Below are positions 12,113-23,212 of a stretch of DNA of 64,000 nucleotides, in pieces (position 1 is the first letter of the stretch; each line of letters starts with the position of its first letter). Under the pieces are notes generated by a model that searched no databases, was not told the DNA's origin, and saw only the letters and a program-made list of their open reading frames with translations. The stretch spans positions 26,994,503 to 27,058,502 of the forward strand of contig CM120640.1 in the NCBI GenBank assembly GCA_051362555.1. The letters are read 5' to 3'. Source of the DNA: Lingula anatina. Lineage: Eukaryota > Animalia > Brachiopoda. The translations under genes and the position numbers were made by a program.

Positions 12113-15100
12113 ATGTCAGCTCATCTTCAGCATTTTCCTCTCATTCCGGAAAGCCAGACAAGGATGAGTATGTTTTTTGACATTGGAATTCCATACCAGC
12201 AGTGTGGAAAAGGTTTGTAATGTTTTAATATGATATATGTTTGAGGAATAAGGGTTGCCTTTATACATGGCTGTAAGAAAAACAATATTAGGAAAAAAAT
12301 CCGACTTTTCCACAATTTACAGTTTGAAGGATTTTTAAAAATGCATTTACCATTATGTCTTTCAGTAATAGGAGTTGCAGGAGTGAGAATCAAGCTGATA
12401 GAGGGTGCCACTGATACAATTATTTCTATTACAATGTGTAAGTTATCAGATATTTGCCTTTGATTTGAACTTTTAATATAAATTTGAATGAATATCATCA
12501 AAGCACATTTATAGTTGAAATGGTTTATTCGTTTTCAGTAAGATTTGGTTTTCTTTTGATGATACCTAGTATGTAGTAACATGTATATTTATTATGTTGA
12601 AGTACTTGTAATAAATCAATTGAAAAGGAAAAGGACTTTAGACAGAAATGTTCCTCAATATTGACCGAAATTCTTGACAAACTTGGACAAAAATATGTCG
12701 TCATATATCAATTTTGAAAATTATTCAGAAAAGTAATTTGAATGTATATGATTTAGGTCAAGATAGAATCGAAAGAGATGCCGTCATCACTGCCAAGACC
12801 AAAGAAGACATTCTGTAAGATTTTAATTAAAATCTTTTTATCAAATTTAGTAAACTTTGCCATAACAAATATAGTTCAATATAATTTTGGTATAAAAAAA
12901 AAACAACAGATTTTCTTTAATCATCAATCTGATAGACATAAATAATTTAATTGTATAAAACATATATTTTCATATTTATTAATTTATTCCTGTCACCCAT
13001 TAGATTAGGAAAATGAGTTCCAATGATATGCTCTTTCTACTGTTATAATTTGGCCTACCAAATTTCACCTATGAGCCTGAATTCAATTTTACCAGGCAGT
13101 CTCATTCTCATATTTTATGGAGTGTGCACAGGTGGATTTATTATTCAGTTATGATGGTACCTAGCTGGTTAGAGTAGGTACCACATATTGGAAGTTTTAT
13201 ATGATTTGCATATGCCTTTGTCTTTTTAGTGATGTGGTGGAGTTGATAGAGAAACTGGTGGCCATGAATTATAATGACATTGATGCATATAGGGTAAGTT
13301 GTATGTAAATCAAATTAAAAAAAGATCTGCGTTGAGAAACAACATGCATGTGTAAAATTTTGTGAGAAAAATTATGTGTTGCCTTTAAGTGATTAAACTT
13401 TTGTTGTCTCAAAATAGATTAAACTTGTAAAATTTTATGAATAAATTTTTTTGGTTTTTGTCAAAGACATCTGTAGACCGGGGCTAAACGCCCCCCTTAA
13501 GCAAGAAACATAACAATTTTCCCTGCTGAAGGTATAGACCGTTCAAAGTGGGTGTTAACTATGAAGGGCTGACTAGACTACAAACTGATACTAACACTTT
13601 TGGAAACAAACAAAAGAAAAACCTTATAGGTAAAAAATAGGTAAATTATAAAATCGGCCTTTTTGCCCCATGGCTGGGGCATTACGCCTCGCACCACGGG
13701 GCTAAACGCCCACCGTGGGCGTCTTGCCCCAAACTATAGGCGTTATGCCCCGCCTTTGTACAAAGCAAAATAAAATCAAATTATATTTCTACGAGACAAC
13801 TTAGTAAGCCTTTAAAAGCAACATATAATATTTTGGGGTACTGAGATAATAAAAATACCCATCAAATTTATTCAGAATGAGCTGTAATTCTACTCTTCAC
13901 CACAGGGCACTGTGATACTTCCAAAATTAAGTTCCTAGTACAGCCACTTGCTTTGGCTTTTCCCCATATAAGTGTTATAACTGATGATATACAATAAAAA
14001 ACATGCATGAAAGAACACTTCCGCATCTTTTTAGAATTATTTTTTATTTAAAAACGAAAGGGGGCAAAACGCCCAGTGATCAGGGCAAAACGCCCACTAT
14101 AGGCGTTTTGCCCCATATCAGCATGGGCGTTTTGCCCCAAAGTGAGATTTTGTATATTTTTTCAAAATTCGGCGGGAAAAGTTTTATACAATCTGACTTC
14201 ATCGAAACTTGTATGGAGGTCTGATACCATCCTATCTGTCACCAACAAAGTTTTTTGAATTCGTGCATTTGGTAGGTGGTGTCACTGATGTTAAGGAAAA
14301 GGCTAAATAACAGTAAACAAGGCAAAAATGAACAAATTATCATAAAATGCTTATTTTTTAGTTTGTGGTCATCTCCGTCATGGAGGATAAGTCTGCTGGA
14401 AATCGGAAGTGGAAAAAACATCACGAGACGCGTATTTATACGTAATACCTGAAAAAAAGAGGGTGGGCGTTTGACCCCGACTGGGCGTTTAGCCCAGGTC
14501 TACCCTAAGTCTGTTGAAAGAAACAAAATATTGTAAATGAATGTTTTGTATATATGTAAGTTTGCCATGGACTAGGTAAATAAAGATATTGTTGAGGTTC
14601 AGAAATTACATGTAAAACTTGAAAAAACAAGGCATATGTTCATTTTACAAAAAAAGGTGAAGTTGTCAATTTAAGTCTATGGTAGAGTTTAAACAGAGTT
14701 TAAAAATGTGCTGTACTTTGTATGGGCTACAGGCTCATGCTCTGATGCTTACTTTATTGATATTGTACAAAGCTCCTTGAGATAAATCTAACTTGTTCAG
14801 TATTTCAGGAGCAAAGAAAAACCTGGTAACAGCCTTAGATGATGTCAGTAACCAGCTCATGCTCTGATGCTTACTTTCTTGATATTGTATAAAGCTCCTT
14901 GAGATAAATCTAACTTGTTCAGTATTTTATTTATTTTTTTGTAGATGATTCAAGAAGCTCAGGACAGGAGGTTTGTTTCAGGAGCAAAGAAAAACCTGCT
15001 AACAGCCTTAGATGATGTCAGTAACCAGCTCACTGAAGGGAACTTGCGTTCCTGCAATGTCTCTCTCTCCTCAAGGTCGTGCTCTCCAAGTTTTACTGGA

Positions 15101-15247
15101 AGCCTCATGCCTTCCCCAACCCCTGATCTTAACAGTAACTATATTGTGACTAAGGACATGAGGAGTCATACCCCTGAGCCTAAAGCCCCCTTTACACTGG
15201 ACGGCGTCCTTTCTGCGTCCAGCACTACGGTGCCATTTGAGAGTTAA
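12113..15247 (+). CDS. Single type-I KH-domain protein (~198 aa from visible exons) with Ser/Pro-rich tail; further upstream exons possible
   Basis: Exons 12113-12212, 12366-12437, 12757-12814, 13230-13293 and 14945-15247 are all GT-AG and phase-compatible (1,1,2,0). The spliced product contains IGIPYQQCGKVIGVAGVRIKLIEGATDTIISITM...ERDAVITAKTKEDILDVVELIEKLV, matching the KH consensus IPxxxxGxVIGxxGxxIKxI...ER. Confidence 0.8.
13473..14505. mobile_element. ~1 kb non-autonomous TIR DNA transposon in intron 4 of the KH gene
   Basis: Left end GTAGACCGGGGCTAAACGCCC and right end GGGCGTTTAGCCCAGGTCTAC(CC). Multiple internal GGGGC(A/T)AAACGCCC sub-repeats occur in both orientations; no transposase ORF. 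Confidence 0.8.
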
Positions 15248-15617
15248 AAATTATAATACTTTACGTGCCGACAACTGGCCGATCATTGAGCATTCATTCT
15301 GATACAAAATCAATGCTCGTGCCTCCTTATTAAGACCACAGCGATGCCAAATTTCATGGTCGCAGAAAGGACGCAGAAAGGACGCCGTCCAGTGTAAAGG
15401 GGGTATAAGAATGGAATAATCGGGCATTTGCCATGTGGAGACAGCACTAAAGATATACTGGCAGATGAGACAAAGGTAAAAATGGTTAATGAAGTGTAAA
15501 TAAATGCTGATTGCTTCAACAGAGTAAATCAAATATATTTTCAAACATTGCCCTTGACCTATAAAACCCAGTGATTCACCATACCATGTATGATTTGAGT
15601 GTAAGCATAATTACTGA

Positions 15618-16283
15618 TTTTTATGTACAGACACAGATGTGTCTGTACATATAGCCATCACCTGCATCTGTCGATGTTGTCGCCTTGCACTTAAACCAAT
15701 AACACGATAAGTGGAAAACCATTTCTTCTTTGGGCTTGAAACTTACAGAACTGCTGAATATTCATAATACACAGGTCAAATTTGAAAATCAGCCTGATAG
15801 AGCCATTTTTAGTGTTGCATATATGTTGAAAAGTGAAAAAACAGCATATATGCAACACTGATATCTCAATAAGTGAGGAACTGTTTTACCTTTTGGCTTG
15901 AAACTTACAGAACTGATGAATATTCATAATACGCAGGTCAAGTTTGAAAATCAGCATGATCGGGCCATTTTTTTGGAAGTTATGTTGTTTTTTTACTTTT
16001 TTCTGCATTTTTATAACACCGATAACAAAATAAGTGAAAAACCGGTTTACTTTTTGGCTTGAAACGTACAGAACTGATGAATATTCACAATTTGCAGGTC
16101 AAGCTAAAAAATCAGCATTAAAAAATTAAAAAATTGTACTGTTTTTTTCATTTTTTCAGCATATACAACACCGATAACATGATAAGTGGAAAACCATTTA
16201 ACCATTTGGCTTGAAATTTACAGAACTGATGAATATTCATAAGTTCCAAAATCAGCTTGATCAGACCATTTTCACAAAAGTTA

Positions 16284-16337
<54 letters not shown>

Positions 16338-17996
16338 AAATATGCAACACTGATAATGCATTTTAAGGAAAATCGAGTAGCCTTTTGTCTTGCAACTCAC
16401 AGAAGTGATCAGTCTAAGGGTGATCAGCTTGTAGTAGGCGGGGCAGACGTTTAAGCCAGCTAAGCTGACAGTAATCTAGTGAGACTCCCCACAGGGATAG
16501 ATCGATCTAAAATCTATGGGAATGGGGTCTAATATACAAATCAAGTTTGAAAATAAGCTTGATCTGTTAAGTTTTTGATGCAGTTACAGTATGCCTTTTT
16601 AAATATTATATTAAGTGGTTTTTCTTCAGATTTAATTTTTAGGCATGTTAACAGTCTCATTATGGAACGAACTAATTAGATATGTAAAAGTGTTGTTTTG
16701 ACATTTTCTGCTTCTTAACAATATTGTTAGTTGTTTATATATAAATGACAGTAAACCTCTTATCGTGCATTGCGTAATAAAGTATCAAAAATGGAAATGT
16801 ACTCATATCATTGCAGTTCGTCAGATCCAATCATTCACTAAGTTAAGAATCCCAGAATGGAGCAAGTTGGACATTTAAAATTGTTCTATTGATATTTTTC
16901 CTTTGACAACATTTTTTTTAATTGATCATATAAAAATGACAGTAAATTGATTATTTTGTTTTATGTAAAAAAGGTGTTGAAAATGGAAATTAACTCTTTT
17001 CAATATCTCTTGTTATCTCTTGTTTACATTTGGGGATTTTCAAAGTGTGACTCTGAACTCTATGGGCTAGTCACATTTTTTGAATATCCATTATACTTTT
17101 ATTTTAATATTAAAAAATTGATGGTAATTATGCTGGTAATAAGCATTGTGTAATATTGCATCAAGATTGAAGACAACCCATAGTGACCGTGAAAGGAAAA
17201 CCATGTCACTTACTCTTCTCACACTTACAAGAAAGAAACATAGAACTGAAATACAGCTTCTGTTGGAAAATCTGTCTCATTAGTTAATTATCTGGAAGTT
17301 ATATAGTAATTTATTGTGTATGATAACCAATTTTGACAGCAAACTAGCCTCGGCGACTCCTCTCAATTCATGCACTCATAAATAGTTTTTTTGTGAAAAT
17401 TGTTATCTTTCACATATTGGAATTTTCAATGTGGGATTTAGAGCTCCCTTGGGCATTACCCCAGTGGTAATCAAATTTTCTTAATGTCCATGTTTTTAAT
17501 AGTAGATATTTAAAAATTGGTGGTATTTATACAGTTAATCATTATGTAATGTTGCATCAAAATTGACAAAAAACCTACTTTGTGCACTGCCACCATTAAC
17601 ATTATGGAAAGAAAACTGTTACTTTCTATTTTTTTTAACTAGTCTTACAAGAATGATTCTTAGGATTGACGTACAGCTCATATTAGAAAACCAGCTGTTT
17701 TGGATTATCATTTTTATTAAATTTATGCATTTTTTGTGAAATGTTCATTTTTCTCATTCTAGCACTTTCTAAGTGTAAACTTGAACTCTGATGGGCCTGA
17801 AGCCTTATGCTTTTACTTTCATCGGTGTTACCTGTTGTGCATAATTAAAATTTGATGTTGACTGTGCAGATAAACATAATGTATTATTGCATCAGAATTG
17901 GCAGTCTCCTATTTTGTGCACTATTATTTTCTGCTTTTCTTAAGGTGTGACAAATTTGTGTGGTCAGTCTGTAAATTCCCCTTGGGTATTCACTAG
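15618..17996 (+). mobile_element. Non-autonomous Helentron-like element (HINE), copy B, degenerate, with nested MITE fragment
   Basis: Begins TTTTTATGTACAGACACAGATGTGTCTGTACATA, then a GTC-rich tract and ~160 bp repeats (15700-16370); reverse complement of copies A and C. Probable 3' subterminal repeat GTCTGTAAAT at 17967, followed by a weak hairpin and CTAG. Confidence 0.7.
16426..16529 (+). mobile_element. Truncated copy of the 21893-22107 MITE nested in HINE copy B
   Basis: agcttgtagtaggcggg...ctgacagtaatctagtgagactccc...gatagatcgatctaaaa is shared with ~22002-22100. Confidence 0.75.
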
Positions 17997-18215
17997 GCTA
18001 AGTTCAGAGCTATTAAGTCATTTGCCTAATTAAGTGGCCATTAAATGAGATTACATAAAGCACACTTGTTGATATTTCCCTGTAAGCTCCCAAAGGTTAA
18101 GCTCAATAAGTGAAGAAGGTTAAGCTCTCTGCTAGATATCAGTGTCCATAATAAGGAAGCAGTGATAATCATACAGGTAAATTTTGTTTAATATTTCAAA
18201 TAAGTAATATATATA

Positions 18216-18381
18216 CAGGGGCGTAACCAGGCATACGCACGGATGCACCGTGCGTACAATTTTTTTTAGCCAACCATGATACTATTCTCCATAAATTCAG
18301 TGTATTTTCACGGAATATAATCGTACCTGGGAATTTTCAAAATCTGTGCGTACAATTTTAAAAGGTCTGGTTACGCCCCTG
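18216..18381. mobile_element. 166 bp MITE inserted in a (TA)n tract
   Basis: Perfect 15 bp TIR CAGGGGCGTAACCAG / CTGGTTACGCCCCTG with TA-repeat flanks. Confidence 0.85.
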
Positions 18382-18455
18382 ATATATATATATATATATA
18401 TGAACTCCCACAACTTAAAGATACTACTGTGCATGCATCAAGGTGTCAGAATCTC

Positions 18456-18593
18456 CTCCGAGCGCAGCCGAGAATTAATTACAGCTTTGGAAGTAATTAA
18501 CTGACTGCCCGTAATTACGCCGTGGGGTATTCAGGGATACCGCAAATACATTTTTAAATATTTAGAAAATAGATTTTTCATGTGAACGCAGCC
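18456..18593 (+). mobile_element. Fragment of the MITE family seen complete at 51428-51658
   Basis: ctccgagcgcagccgagaattaattacagctttggaagtaa...ggggtattcaggg...catgtgaacg matches 51494-51653. Confidence 0.8.
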
Positions 18594-19432
18594 CAAGTGT
18601 GCTAGCTATCCCCTCCACGTCCAATCAACAGTAACAATAATATGAAAAACCTCGATACCACAAACACTTGACATGACACCATGATGCTGCGAAATGTTGT
18701 TCGTCAACCTAAAAAAATGTTTTTGATGTACTTTTCAAGAATTGTTTAATCTTAGGGGATTACAGAAGTCATAATATTAATGCTTACTGTAGATGTTTGA
18801 AATGGAGCAAATGAAAACGAAAGTTTTGACAATTGTAAAATCGTCAATATGTGTTTAGAGATGAAATCTAGATGCAAGCTAGGACATGTTACTTTTTTAA
18901 TTAAAGTCTGGAATGCCAGCATTCGGATATGTACCAGACCTGCCCAATGCTGAACCCCTGTCGGACCCCCTCCTTAGAAGAGCAAGTGTCTTATGTTTTA
19001 GATTGATGAAGATGCCCATTCACTTCCCTCTGATATATCAGGGGCCCTTAAATATGGTATACATGTACAAAATTGTACCTGTCAAAGTGTACCCGTCCAC
19101 AAGTCTGAATCAATAAGTGCCAGTATCCTGACATTAGCTACATGTGATACGTTAAAAAACTGGTTGTGTTTAATCAACTATCAACAAAGAGGACCATCCG
19201 CTTATAATTTCAAAAATGTCTTTAAATATTTTGTGATCTAATTGAACAGTTGCACCCTTGAAGACTTATTGGGGTGACCTTTTGGTACTGATTGTCAGTC
19301 ATGTGATATTTAAAAAAAACGAGCTGGCGAATTTAAGAACATTAAGATATTGCATTTCTGGTACATCATAGTCATTAATGGAGTTGGTCAATTGTCCTGT
19401 GCGTATTGATTTCTTGTAACAAAATTGGTGGA

Positions 19433-19478
<46 letters not shown>

Positions 19479-19684
19479 TATGTTCAATTAATACTTTGAT
19501 GAATCTAAAGCCCTTGCCAAAAGATTTGCATCACTTTTTATTGTTAGACTCAGATCCTTCCCAATTTACAAAATAGAATAATGACAAACTACAAGTACTC
19601 AGCAGCATCTTTTTATTCTACAGCATACACATTCATTAATTACAAATGGCTTGTGGCTCAGTTCTTAGAAGACCTCTAGTGCTG

Positions 19685-20445
19685 CTACTTTTTGGGGAAT
19701 TGCCCTTGCAAGCATGCACCAATACAGTCCTTAAAGGAAGCACTACACCCGGAGTAACAATTCACCAGTTCCACCACTATTTGCCGAGATGCAACAAGGT
19801 CGAGGGGTTTGGTCTCTCTAAAGCTTGTCACACGTGTATTTCGACAGGTGTCAGAACATGCCGTGTTCACGGTAACGCATTCGCTCTGGAGCATAAACAT
19901 TGTAAAATGTGATAGTAAATCACAAGATGCAATATTAGTCATATTAAAAATTCAAAAACATTCTCTCCCCACTACTTAACTTACAGGGCAAAAAAAAAAA
20001 AAAAAAAAATGGTAACAGGTGACATGTACAATTAAAAAGAAAAGGAAAGAAAGAAAAACAAAACACAGTGAGTTATTGATTACATATCATAGAAAAAATT
20101 AATCATTTTCAAGTCATATCTGCCTTTTTTGTGTACATCCTTCAAAGTTTTAGAGGACACCTCTCTACAATGTACCGTATCAGCATACCAGATACTAGAA
20201 ACAGGCAGAGGCATTCTGACAGTAGACAGTGAGTTTCTAATGTCCTCTAAAAACTCTGAAGAAAAATACCCAGAGAATATATATAAATTGTACTTTCCAT
20301 CTTTGTTGAATTATGAGGTGTGTTTCCAGTTGCATTTTTGCTATAAAATATGCTTTCTTTTACATATTGGACTACTTACAATACAGCCAACAGCATAGGC
20401 CACAAATCCGGTAATCAAAAGTAGTGAAAACCAATAACTTGCCAT
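19685..20445 (-). CDS. Secreted cysteine-rich peptide precursor A (88 aa), 8 Cys, Cx3Cx6Cx3C-x28-Cx3Cx6Cx3C
   Basis: Exon 1 20445-20380 (MASYWFSLLLITGFVAYAVGCI, donor GTAAGT) plus exon 2 19885-19685 (acceptor CTCCAG; SECVTVNTACSDTCRNTR...VNCYSGCSASFKDCIGACLQGQFPKK*), phase 0/0. Hydrophobic signal peptide ending A-V-G, TATA box upstream and AATAAA at ~19612-19617. Confidence 0.85.
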
Positions 20446-20524
20446 CTTTGTAAGCGTTTCAGATTGTACTTTTTCACAAAAAGTGAGCAGCATCTGCATT
20501 AGTTTTTATTTCTGTGTACAAGCC

Positions 20525-20532
20525 TTTATATA
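20525..20532 (-). promoter_or_regulatory. TATA box (TATATAAA) of peptide gene A
   Basis: GGAACTATATAAAGGC on the minus strand ~80 bp upstream of the ATG; conserved in the paralog at 37094-37101. Confidence 0.7.
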
Positions 20533-20841
20533 GTTCCATTTCCCCATTACAAGGAATTGTATACAAAATAACTTTCCCTTGTTTTTAATTGGTCATAAGG
20601 ATGTGAATCTATCATTACCAATCTATAATTCCTAACTGCAGGAATTATTTTTCATCAAATTGTCATTTAAAGAAATGTTATGATTGGTTACCAGGCAAGT
20701 GAAATAAATGGATTCAATTTGGGCCCGTTAGTACCTACTTGTTAAAGGTTCATTTTCTAAACTTGTAATCCACAGTTAATACAATGATAAATGCACACAT
20801 AGTCATTTCATTAAGCAGCATTTTACCAGTCTTGAAATAAT

Positions 20842-21007
20842 GGGGCCCATTGCAATAGTCCGAAGGTTCAATAGTTCAATAGTCCAATGATTCATCGGTC
20901 CGAAAGTTCACAAGAGAACCTTCGGACCAATGAACCCTTGATTGAAAAATACGATGAAAATGTTACCATTTTTCGACCAATGAACCTTCGACTATCAAGA
21001 TGCCCCC
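20842..21007. mobile_element. ~165 bp MITE with 7-8 bp target-site duplication in the upstream region of peptide gene A
   Basis: GGGGC...AATAGTCCGAAGGTTC / GAACCTTCGACTAT...GCCCC termini. AAATAAT(G) flanks both sides, and the paralogous site at ~37441 (gaaataatgcgactc) is the empty site. Confidence 0.85.
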
Positions 21008-21892
21008 AAATAATGCGACTCATCCTATTCTACTCAAACTATTATAATTTTAGCGATGTCTGTAAGGTTTACAAAACGTGGCTCTTATGACGGCTCAAGT
21101 TTCAAATTCACATAAGGCTCAGTAAGGTTTGGTACAGAATAAATTGGACGTATGATACTATTGCTAGTACTACGGTATCTGCAACTGTTTTTGATTATGT
21201 TGTTTCAAGCTTCAAATTCACATGAGAGTCAGTCAGATTTGGGATAGAATAAATTGGGCATATGATACTATTGCTAGTTCAATCTGCAACTGTTTTTGAT
21301 CATAATAGATTGTTTTGTTGTCTCAGCAAAATATTTTTTTCTTTCACAAAGATACAGAATAATCTTATTTGGAATTTAAAAAAAAAGCTTGTTTATATCA
21401 GGGATGTTTGAGCTAACAATGCCAAGAATCCCTTTGTAAAAGATGTCAGTGATAAAAGGGATATATTTCAAACAGTTTTCCAGCAAAAGAAGCCTGTAGC
21501 CAAGGAAGGCATCTACAGCATCCTCTTTATAGGATCAGTTTTATATCAGTTTATCAGTCGGATTCGCATCCGTGCCCCCCCCCCCCCCCCCCCCCCCTCT
21601 TCAAATAATCCTGGATCCACCCTGTCAAACTTGCAGCATTTTCTTGGTGATATTTAAAGTCAATTTAAATGTATTGGTATAATTTTGAAAAAAAAAAAAA
21701 AACATATATAATCAACCTGAACGTATCTGTTCATCATCTAGCATAGAGTATTGAGTTGTTGTTGCTGTTTTTTTATTAGCATGAAATGGCTGGTGTGTTT
21801 TATATACAATCTATAGAATTCATAGAAATGCCAATTTACAAAGAACTATTTTTAAATGACTCCTCCAGAGTTATTTTGGGTGGAATATCTTA

Positions 21893-22107
21893 CACCCCAT
21901 TCTCATAGATTAGATCGACCTACATTGGATCGACCTAACTCCCTGGGGGTTCACGCTAAATAGCTGTCAGCCGGGCGAACACGAAAGTTAATTACCCCTT
22001 AAAGCTTGTAGTAGGCGGGGACGGACACTTAAGGGGGATTATCTGACAGTAATCTAGTGAGACTCCCTCCGGTGATAGATCGATCTAAAAGTTGTGAGAA
22101 CAGAGCC
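21893..22107. mobile_element. ~215 bp MITE
   Basis: Imperfect TIRs (ccccattctcatagattagatcgacct / agatcgatctaaaagttgtgagaacagagcc); a second partial copy at 16426-16529. Confidence 0.7.
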
Positions 22108-22736
22108 TTACAGTGAATGGATAATTATGATGTCAGTAGTGAATGAATTTTGTACTTGAAATGGTTGTCATTTATGTTGTGCATATTTGGTGCAATGTGT
22201 TGAAACAGTCCCTTAATGGTTAAACCTCATTTGTTTCACCTTGTGACAGATTGGATTTTATGATGGATACTCTGGGGTCATGAAGTCACTGATAGAGGAA
22301 TCAACAAACAAGAAAACAAAGTTAGAACCTGACCTGCCTACTTGTACTTTGTGTCTTTTTGAACTTTATTGTATTGGATTAAACAATGAAGATGAAGGTG
22401 AATATGTGAAAGGCACATATGGAGGTTACTTTTTAGATGAATTCATGTTCATTCCCATATAATGAAAAAGGACACATCTCTGTATAAAATTTTTATACAG
22501 TGTGCAAACATGCAATGAAAATAAACACTAAAAAAATTTGTTTATATGAAATTTATTATCTGCAATTCTTTAATTGTTAAATTTGTAATCCATTCTAGGT
22601 CTGTTCCCTTCTGAATGTTAAGCCACAGTTTCAAAACTCATCTGTGAAAGGAATATCTTTTTGATGAGGACACTCCACACGCAGTTGAGAATTTCTTTTA
22701 TGAAAGGGATGATGGCAAACAGGTATATTCTAACAT

Positions 22737-23172
22737 AACAAGGCAGCAAAGCTGTCAAATGTACAGACAAAAAAACATAAAATAAAGATGCAAATAAGTG
22801 AAAAATTAAATTTTCACAAAAAACTGTTAAATTGCCAGAAAAATCTACCAAACAGACTGCATTGCCTATTGAAGCTGTATGTTAGACCCATGTTTCTTTC
22901 CTGTAAGTTTGAGAACAGTAAGTGACATGATTTCCCTTAAATGGTCATCATAGGAGCAGTGCCCAAAATAGGGGTTTCTTCAAATTTTGATGCAACTTTA
23001 CATAATGTTGAACAGCATGATGACAATCAAATGTTATTAATAAAATATTAGTTACATGGACATTCAGAAAATGTGACAAGCAAAAGTCTTCAGGATCATG
23101 GAACTTTAAAGTCACACCTTGTAAATGCCAATATGTGAAAAATTAAATTTTCACAAAAAACTGTTTAACTGC

Positions 23173-23212
<40 letters not shown>

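Larger units (their letters stand above)
18616..21550. repeat. Segmental duplication copy 1 (paralogous to ~34843-37900)
   Basis: Collinear shared blocks from 'cacgtccaatcaacagt' (18616 / 34843) to 'gccaaggaaggcatctacagcatc' (~21499 / ~37847), including both peptide exons, the intron and the promoter. Confidence 0.92.

Noticed and set aside
22250-22462. ORF 22280-22462 as a terminal exon of a plus-strand gene
   Set aside because: An acceptor-like site exists, but I found no upstream exons or recognisable domain.
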